Assembly (NCBI GenBank): GCA_039190745.1
Contig: JBCCXZ010000089.1
Coordinates: forward strand, 1-12,684
DNA: 12,684 nt
Source: Planctomycetota bacterium
Lineage (GTDB): Bacteria; Planctomycetota; Planctomycetia; Pirellulales; Lacipirellulaceae
Direction: 5' to 3'
Shown here: positions 7,165-12,684 of the stretch, piece by piece
Position numbering within the stretch: the first letter of the stretch is position 1
How the letters are laid out: each line of letters starts with the position of its first letter
Notes under the pieces: model-generated
Seen by the model: the letters and a program-made list of their open reading frames with translations, nothing else
Databases searched by the model: none
What the model was told of the DNA's origin: nothing
Translations under genes and position numbers: made by a program

Positions 7165-7608
7165 ATGCCAACATTCGATTACAAGTTCACCGTGAACGCC
7201 CCCCAAGAGGCGGTCCGCCAATTCCACCACGACACCAGCGCCCTCAAAATCCTCACCCCGCCCCCCACCATCGTGCAGCTCCACGACATCGAGCCGCTGG
7301 CCGAGGGCTCGGTCTCCCGCTTCACGCTCTGGGTCGGCCCGCTGCCGCTGAAGTGGAAGGCCGTCCACCGCGACGTCACCGACCAGGGCTTCACCGACAT
7401 CCAGGCCGAGGGCCCCGCCAAGAAGTGGGAGCACACCCACACGTTCGTCGCACTCGACGACCAGACCACCGAGGTGCGCGAGCACGTCGAGTACGAACAC
7501 GCCGGAGGCTTCTGGGGCCTGGTCACCAGAGCCCTCTTCGCAAAGCCCAACCTCTACACGATGTTCACCTACCGCAAGCTCGCCACGCGCCGCGCTCTCA
7601 AGAAGTAG
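7165..7608 (+). CDS. SRPBCC (START/polyketide cyclase-like) family protein
   Basis: 147 aa with the pattern VNAPQEAVRQFH...LTPP...W.A.H...FTDIQAEGP...WEHTHTF...TEVREHVEY...MFTYR typical of SRPBCC proteins. Host-like codon usage. Confidence 0.88.
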   Translation: MPTFDYKFTVNAPQEAVRQFHHDTSALKILTPPPTIVQLHDIEPLAEGSVSRFTLWVGPLPLKWKAVHRDVTDQGFTDIQAEGPAKKWEHTHTFVALDDQTTEVREHVEYEHAGGFWGLVTRALFAKPNLYTMFTYRKLATRRALKK

Positions 7609-7615
7609 CGTCGGA

Positions 7616-7680
7616 GTGGCACTGACGCCTCGCCAGTCCAGAACTCTCAAGCGAGCACTGGCAAGATGCCAGTGCCACCC
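7616..7680. repeat. REP doublet (REPIN-like), copy A
   Basis: GTGG-CACTGAC-GCCTC-GCCAGTC followed by the inverted copy CACTGGC-AAGAT-GCCAGTG-CCAC. Each half is a GTGG foot plus a short hairpin, the GT(A/G)G REP architecture. Confidence 0.85.
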
Positions 7681-7850
7681 AAACCATCAGTTCACAGCCG
7701 TCGACCTCCGCGTCGCCGGCAGCCCCGCCGACCGATTCTCTAGGCACGCCAGTGTTGTCGGCCAAGTTGCTCAGGACGACGCCTCCTTACGCAGTTGGAC
7801 GCTCGCCCGAGTTTCCCGAAAACAATTGCTCGTGACGGCTCGGACCCAAC

Positions 7851-7881
7851 AAAAAACGCCGAGGTCGGCCGACCTCGGCGT
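7851..7881 (-). terminator. Intrinsic terminator downstream of the PEP-CTERM gene
   Basis: Perfect 26-bp palindrome ACGCCGAGGTCGGCCGACCTCGGCGT (7856-7881) runs into a T6 tract on the minus strand (A6 at 7851-7856), about 110 nt after the stop at 7989. Confidence 0.85.
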
Positions 7882-7988
7882 AGGCGATTTTCCGTTCTTG
7901 GGCCAGAGGTGAGAGAATCTCAACTATTCAGGCACTACGACTACTGCTTGCAGCTTTCGAAGCCGACCGCGTGTAGCTCACGCCCTTC

Positions 7989-8696
7989 TCATCGATTACG
8001 TCTATGAACTAGACGAAGTCCAGCGATAGATAAGAGGAATAATGACGACGGTTCGGGGACTGCTTGAGAGAATGTGATGTTATCAATACCCCATTGGTTG
8101 CTGGCGTTGCTGGTGCCGACTCTGATTGTCAACTCGGAAGACTCCAGTGGCGAAGCGAAGTCTAGACTAAGAAAAGTCTGTTTCTGACTCGACCCGGTAG
8201 CGAAGGTGCGCGTGGGTGCGTCTGCGCTGAACAAGACTTCTCCCGCGGCTCCGATCACTTCGAGCGAGCTAAGCGTGTCTGGCCCACCAAATTTGCCGAT
8301 ATCGAAGCCGCTGAGAAGCACTGTGAAACCTGGATCAGCCTGCAGATTCACAGCAAAAAAGTCGGCTGGGCTTGCGGGGTTGAAGGCGACCCCGGTCAGG
8401 GTCCCGAAGAACGACTCTGCGTACTCCAATTCGTTCGATTCCGAGCTGACGTAAGCAACTTCGACGTTGGGAGTGAATCCACCCGCTGCTCCATAATCGA
8501 AGGAGCCCATCGTTGTCGCGGTGACTCTGTCTCCGTAGGTTTGCGGGATGAGTTGCGTGCCTCCCGTGTTGTCAAACGCCGTCCCATCGAAAGTAAGTGA
8601 TGTTGCGAAGCTCTCACTAGCGATAAGCACGCAGATTGCGACTGCTGCAATCGTCCAGCGAAGTGGTCTTACGCTATGCACTCGGTGTCTCATCAT
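7989..8696 (-). CDS. PEP-CTERM sorting domain-containing exported protein
   Basis: 235 aa. Signal-peptide-like N-terminus (RWTIAAVAICVLIASESFA), S/T/G/F-rich beta-type body, C-terminal VPEPSSLFLLSIAGL followed by basic RLVHRRNR. Visibly lower GC than the flanks. Confidence 0.92.
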   Translation of the reverse strand: MMRHRVHSVRPLRWTIAAVAICVLIASESFATSLTFDGTAFDNTGGTQLIPQTYGDRVTATTMGSFDYGAAGGFTPNVEVAYVSSESNELEYAESFFGTLTGVAFNPASPADFFAVNLQADPGFTVLLSGFDIGKFGGPDTLSSLEVIGAAGEVLFSADAPTRTFATGSSQKQTFLSLDFASPLESSELTIRVGTSNASNQWGIDNITFSQAVPEPSSLFLLSIAGLRLVHRRNR

Positions 8697-8791
8697 TAGG
8701 CTTTCTAGATCCTTGAGGCTGGGTTGTACCGAACGTACTCGCCGCTTACCGGACTCTCGGCTCGGGCTAAGAAGACCTTCGGCGAAGCCGA

Positions 8792-8820
8792 ATGTTAGCC
8801 GCCTGATCCCGGCAAATCAA
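8792..8820 (-). promoter_or_regulatory. Putative sigma70-type promoter for the PEP-CTERM gene
   Basis: Minus strand TTGATT (8820-8815), 17 nt, TAACAT (8797-8792), about 95 nt upstream of the start. Confidence 0.55.
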
Positions 8821-9001
8821 GCAAGATAGGCAGCTCTTGCCGCCCGGCTCTGGGCACAAAGGAGCGACCTTCCCGAGCCACTTAGCGGGCAGCATCGCAC
8901 GAATGCGGACCACACCCGTGGAACTATCCGCTTACGTGCGTCGCCACCCCATCAAACGGTTAACGCTATGGGTAGACGGAAGCCGCGCAGGACGTCCCAG
9001 G

Positions 9002-9066
9002 GTGGCATTGGCGTCTCGCCAGTGCAGAGCCCGCTAGAAAGCACTGGCAAGATGCCTGTGCCACCC
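9002..9066. repeat. REP doublet (REPIN-like), copy B
   Basis: GTGG-CATTGGC-GTCTC-GCCAGTG ... CACTGGC-AAGAT-GCCTGTG-CCAC. 54/65 identical, ungapped and in direct orientation to 7616-7680. Confidence 0.88.
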
Positions 9067-9083
9067 GCTGGACCCAGACGCGA

Positions 9084-9998
9084 TCAGTCCTCGAACACCT
9101 CTTCGGAAACAAACCCGCCGTCTGCAATCGCCGACAGCGACCGCAGCGTGCTGATCTCCACGTCGTGCGACAGCGTCCGCACGCTGCCGTCCAGAAAAGC
9201 GAAGTGGCTGAAGTCCGCGTGGTCGCTCCCGTACTTGCCGCGGTAGTCGTCGTTGGGCCCGTCCGGGAAACCAGCCGAGCTGCGTCGCACCACCGTGTGC
9301 CGATGGTCGCCCGCGAAGATCGCGGTGTCGCCCTGTTGGAAGTGCGGGTTGTCGACCGTCGGGTCGACCGGCGGCACGTAGTTCTCGCCCACCGCGTACG
9401 TCAGCGAGAGGCCGTCGGTCACCTGCTTGGCACGCACCCTAGAGAGCGTGTAGATCGGACCGAATTCAGCAGGCAGAAATTCTTCCCGCCCCGGCATGCC
9501 GTGCCGCGTACTCGTGCCCGAGTTGGCGCCGTAGTCGCCGCCCGCGGCCGCACCGGCCACCAGCGGCGCGGCACTGTTGTTGTCGAAGTCCCGGTCCGCC
9601 GCAGGGCTGCGACGCGTCGGACAGTAGAACACCGAGATCGGCGTCCGCATCGCCTGGGCGTTCAGGTCCGAGTCGACCCGCTCGTTCGGCACGAACGAGT
9701 CGTACACCGCCCGCTGTTCCAGATACGGCAGCAGACGGAACGCCCACGAAACCGCGTACTGGTCACGCCCGCTGGGGTGCAGGTCCGTGCCGATCCGCGC
9801 CGGGGGGAACGCACCCTGCGTGTCGTGGTGGTTCTGGATCGCCAGCCCGATCTGCCGCAGATTGTTCAGGCACTGAGATCGCCGTGCCGCCTCGCGGGCC
9901 GACTGGATCGCCGGCAACAGCAGCGCGATCAGCACGCCGATGATCCCGATTACGACAAGCAACTCAACGAGCGTAAATCCACGGCGAACCGAACGCAT
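9084..9998 (-). CDS. DUF1559 / prepilin-type N-terminal cleavage-methylation protein with H-X9-DG motif
   Basis: 304 aa. RRGFTLVELLVVIGIIGVLIALLLPAIQSAREAARRSQCLNNLRQIGLA, FYCPTR and HADFSHFAFLDG. GAGGAG upstream of the start. Confidence 0.95.
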   Translation of the reverse strand: MRSVRRGFTLVELLVVIGIIGVLIALLLPAIQSAREAARRSQCLNNLRQIGLAIQNHHDTQGAFPPARIGTDLHPSGRDQYAVSWAFRLLPYLEQRAVYDSFVPNERVDSDLNAQAMRTPISVFYCPTRRSPAADRDFDNNSAAPLVAGAAAGGDYGANSGTSTRHGMPGREEFLPAEFGPIYTLSRVRAKQVTDGLSLTYAVGENYVPPVDPTVDNPHFQQGDTAIFAGDHRHTVVRRSSAGFPDGPNDDYRGKYGSDHADFSHFAFLDGSVRTLSHDVEISTLRSLSAIADGGFVSEEVFED

Positions 9999-10021
9999 CC
10001 TCTACTCCTCGTGCTGGCGAC

Positions 10022-10030
10022 ATTTTAGCA
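10022..10030 (-). promoter_or_regulatory. Putative extended -10 promoter for the DUF1559 gene
   Basis: TGcTAAAAT on the minus strand (10030-10022), about 23 nt upstream of the ATG. Confidence 0.5.
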
Positions 10031-10160
10031 AGATTCGCCTAACCGTTGCCCCACGCCGACTGTCACGACCGTACGTTTTCTCGGCCGCACAAACCGCAGC
10101 GATTCTCGTAGAAAATGGCCACCTACTCTGATAAACAAGTGGGGATGGGCTCTGCATCCG

Positions 10161-10182
10161 AACCCCGAGCGTAAGCGAGGGA
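10161..10182. repeat. Possible solo copy of another REP-like repeat family
   Basis: AACCCCGAGCGTAAGCGAGGGA resembles a CCCGAAGCG(T/C)(A/C)AGCGAGG repeat I recall from planctomycete intergenic DNA. There is no partner copy in this window. Confidence 0.4.
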
Positions 10183-10451
10183 AACCAAGCATCGAAAGCC
10201 TCAATCAACCCGCCAACCTACCCAAGCTTCCAATAAAGTCCTCAAAAACTCGTCGCCTAGGAACGTAAACTCGAATAGTTAAGGCCGCCCCATGTTCTGC
10301 TCGCCGCTTGCCAGCCAGTGCAAACCCGCCAAGGAACCGGACAAAACAACCGACTTTTGGCGTATCGCCGCGTGTAGCGGATTTCGAGCCTAAAGACAAA
10401 ACCGAGATAGCCCAAGAAGCTCCCACTCCCCACTCCCTCTCCCACTTCCCC

Positions 10452-11630
10452 ATGCCCGACCTCCTCCGACAAGACGTGATCGCCGCCGCCGACACGGTCG
10501 TCGTGAAGATCGGCACCCGTGTGCTCACCGGCCCCGACGGCGCACTCGACCACGCACGCGTCGAAGCGATCGCCGGCCAGCTCGCCGCCGCCTGGAAGTC
10601 CGGCCGCAAAGTCGTGCTGGTGAGCAGCGGAGCCGTCGGCGCCGGATTGGGAAGACTCCAAGCCAACCAGCGACCCGCCGACGTCGCCCAACTCCAAGCA
10701 GCCGCCGCCATCGGCCAAAGCGCACTGATCGAATCCTACAACCGGGCCCTCGAGCCCCACGGCCTGCTCGCGGCCCAGGTCCTGCTCATCGCCGAAGACC
10801 TGCAAGACCGCCGCCGCTACCTCAACGTCCGCAATACGCTCTCGGCCCTCTTCCAGAGCGACGCCATCCCCATCATCAACGAGAACGACGCCCTCTCCGT
10901 CGAAGAGCTCCAGCTCAGCTTCGGCGACAACGACCGGCTCGCCGCCCTCGTGACCAACCTCATCCGGGCGCCGCTCTTGGTGCTGCTCTCCGACGTCGAC
11001 GGCGTCTACGACCGCGACCCGAAAGAGCCCGGCGCCAAGGTGCTCCCAGTCATCACCAACCTCGGCCAAACCCAAGACCGCGTCGTCTCCGAACGCCCCG
11101 CCGTCCCCGGCGTCTCCCTCGGCAAGGGCGGCATGGCGAGTAAACTGCAAGCCGCATCGATCGCCGCCGCCGCCGGCGAGAGCGTCGTCATCGCCAACGG
11201 CCACGCCGACAACGTGCTCGACCAAGTACTCGCCGCTGAACCCGTCGGCACGCTGATCCTCGCCGAAGAAGGCAAGGCCGTCGGCTCTCGCAAACGCTGG
11301 ATCGGCTGGAGCGCCAGCCCGCAAGGCGAGCTGCAACTCGACGCCGGCGCCCAACGCGCCGTCGCCGACCGCGGCGGCAGCCTCCTCGCCGTCGGGGTTA
11401 CCGGGGTGCAAGGTGATTTCGTCAAGGGAGACTTGGTTTCTTTGGTCGGCCCCGCCGGAAACGAATTCGCCCGCGGCCTCACCAACTACACCTCCGCCGA
11501 AGTCCGCCAGATCGCGGGTCACCCAGCGACCGACATCGCCGAGCTCCTCGGCCACCACCCGTACGACGAAGTGATCCACCGCGACAACCTCACGGTGACC
11601 GCCCAGCCGGTCGCCACGGAGAGCCCATGA
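10452..11630 (+). CDS. proB: Glutamate 5-kinase with C-terminal PUA domain
   Basis: 392 aa from ATG 10452. VVVKIGT, LVSSGAVGAG, AAAAIGQ, PIINENDA, FGDNDRLAA, LLSDVDG, GKGGMASKL, RKRWI and PUA-type EFARGLTNY...EVIHRDNL. Confidence 0.97.
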   Translation: MPDLLRQDVIAAADTVVVKIGTRVLTGPDGALDHARVEAIAGQLAAAWKSGRKVVLVSSGAVGAGLGRLQANQRPADVAQLQAAAAIGQSALIESYNRALEPHGLLAAQVLLIAEDLQDRRRYLNVRNTLSALFQSDAIPIINENDALSVEELQLSFGDNDRLAALVTNLIRAPLLVLLSDVDGVYDRDPKEPGAKVLPVITNLGQTQDRVVSERPAVPGVSLGKGGMASKLQAASIAAAAGESVVIANGHADNVLDQVLAAEPVGTLILAEEGKAVGSRKRWIGWSASPQGELQLDAGAQRAVADRGGSLLAVGVTGVQGDFVKGDLVSLVGPAGNEFARGLTNYTSAEVRQIAGHPATDIAELLGHHPYDEVIHRDNLTVTAQPVATESP

Positions 11631-12118
11631 CCGTCAACACCAAGACCGCCCAAGGCCGCCGCACGGTACGGTACGAATCGTTCGACGATTTGCTCGCCGA
11701 AGCCGAACAACTAGCCGCAGGCGAGATCACCTGCTTGGGCAACTGGTCGCCTGGACAAGTCTTCGACCACTTGGGCCGTTCGCTGGAAGTCTCCATCGAC
11801 GGCGGGGCGCCCAAACCGCCGCTGCCGGTCCGCCTTGTCGCGAACCTATTCTTCAGAAAGAAGTTCATCTACGAGTCGGTGCCTTCTGGATTCCAGATCT
11901 CGAATAGCGCGGCCAAGTTTTTCAAGCCCGAGGACGGCGTTGAAACGCAACAGGGTTTGGAGAAGCTCCGCAATGGCGTCGAACGGTGCAAGGCGGAAGA
12001 AAAGCGGGCAGATCATCCTATCTTCGGCAAGATCAGCAAGGCCGAATGGGACTCCTTCAGCCTCCGCCACGCCGAGATGCACATGAGCTTCCTCAAGCCC
12101 GCCGGCGGGGAGAGCTGA
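11627..12118 (+). CDS. DUF1569-like protein (DinB/YfiT-like fold)
   Basis: 163 aa. GNWSPGQVFDHL and HPIFGKISKAEW...RHAEMHMSFL (His triad pattern). ATGA overlap with the proB stop. Confidence 0.85.
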   Translation: MTVNTKTAQGRRTVRYESFDDLLAEAEQLAAGEITCLGNWSPGQVFDHLGRSLEVSIDGGAPKPPLPVRLVANLFFRKKFIYESVPSGFQISNSAAKFFKPEDGVETQQGLEKLRNGVERCKAEEKRADHPIFGKISKAEWDSFSLRHAEMHMSFLKPAGGES

Positions 12119-12486
12119 TGCCCGCTCCGACGAAGCCGCCGATCACCGATTCCCCTTGGTTCTGGTTCTCGCTGTTCACCGCGGTCGGGCTCTCGGCCTT
12201 GTTGGCGACCGGCGGCAAATTCGGCAAGCGGCAAGCCAACATCGAACGCAAGTACCAGGCCCGCCAGTGGGTCACCGAAGGCGGCGCCGACGGGCCGGCC
12301 GTCCCCGCCGAGGGCGTCGAACGCCGGCCCGAAGAGGAGTTCCCCGAATACTCGCGGCCCACGCAGACGCTCATCCGGCTCAAGCCGATGGCGATCTCAA
12401 TCAGCCTGGTCCTCACCGGTTCACTGTACATGCTCGTGCGAGAACGCCGCCGCCTCGCGATTTCTGAGGAACATGAACCCGCTTGA
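12118..12486 (+). CDS. Hypothetical membrane protein (122 aa, two hydrophobic segments)
   Basis: Start ATG overlaps the upstream stop (TGATG, 12116-12120). Hydrophobic stretches PWFWFSLFTAVGLSALLA and MAISISLVLTGSLYMLV. Confidence 0.8.
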   Translation: MPAPTKPPITDSPWFWFSLFTAVGLSALLATGGKFGKRQANIERKYQARQWVTEGGADGPAVPAEGVERRPEEEFPEYSRPTQTLIRLKPMAISISLVLTGSLYMLVRERRRLAISEEHEPA

Positions 12487-12684
12487 GAACCCAACGCCGA
12501 TCTACGCCGCCGGCGCCGTGCTCGCCACGCTGGCCGTGATCGCTCTGCTGGCTCGCCGCAACCTGCCGTCGCTCGTGGCGTTGATTGCGGTGCTGATGCT
12601 GACCGCGGCCGGTGTGATCGTAGAGCGGATAGTCGTTACCGAAGTCGAAGAGGTCGAACTCGCCGTGGAGCAGATCGTCGCCGC
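12473..12684 (+). CDS. Partial hypothetical membrane protein, runs off the window end
   Basis: Not in the ORF track. ATG 12473 follows GAGGA and the frame is open to the end: MNPLENPTPIYAAGAVLATLAVIALLARRNLPSLVALIAVLMLTAAGVIVERIVVTEVEEVELAVEQIVA. Two TM-like helices; overlaps the previous gene by 14 nt. Confidence 0.8.
   Translation, partial: MNPLENPTPIYAAGAVLATLAVIALLARRNLPSLVALIAVLMLTAAGVIVERIVVTEVEEVELAVEQIVA

Noticed and set aside
7616..8007. Short ORFs 7616-7912 and 7795-8007
   Set aside because: They run through the REP doublet and the terminator, have no ribosome-binding site and show no protein-like features.
8765..8800. Integron attC site (GGCTAA...GTTAGCC)
   Set aside because: Only about 36 nt, shorter than known attC sites. 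The left end is GGCTAAG rather than RYYYAAC, and no integrase is present.
7616..9066. CRISPR array or IS element
   Set aside because: Only two repeat copies about 1.3 kb apart, no regular spacers, no cas or transposase gene.
10308..10451. 48-aa N-terminal extension of ProB
   Set aside because: Low-complexity, non-homologous and atypical in codon usage. Kinase similarity starts shortly after ATG 10452.
11986..12117. Upstream start for the 166-aa ORF
   Set aside because: It would overlap the DUF1569-like gene by more than 130 nt. The TGATG-coupled ATG at 12118 is far more plausible.

Overview
GC-rich bacterial DNA, very probably from a planctomycete (inferred from the DUF1559 prepilin-like gene, the PEP-CTERM gene and the repeat types). 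Coding content from left to right: proC, two unassigned ORFs and an EF-P paralogue with the EfpL/YeiP loop (+); a minus-strand run guaA > ettA > VOC protein > Lys/Ala/Pro-rich histone H1-like protein; an SRPBCC protein (+); a lower-GC PEP-CTERM gene (-); a DUF1559 gene (-); and a tightly coupled + run of proB, a DUF1569-like protein and two membrane proteins, the last truncated. No tRNA, rRNA, CRISPR array, transposase or integrase is visible. The most interesting signals are intergenic. (1) Three inverted-repeat elements have arms built from degenerate tandem units with periods of 7, 9 and 8 nt. (2) Two equal-length 65-bp REP doublets in direct orientation bracket a self-contained promoter/PEP-CTERM/terminator cassette of lower GC. 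Also notable are the H1-like protein ending in a beta-clamp-motif-like QRVLF, and the clustering of EfpL and EttA with proline biosynthesis genes. All family assignments come from motif recognition by eye; no searches were run.
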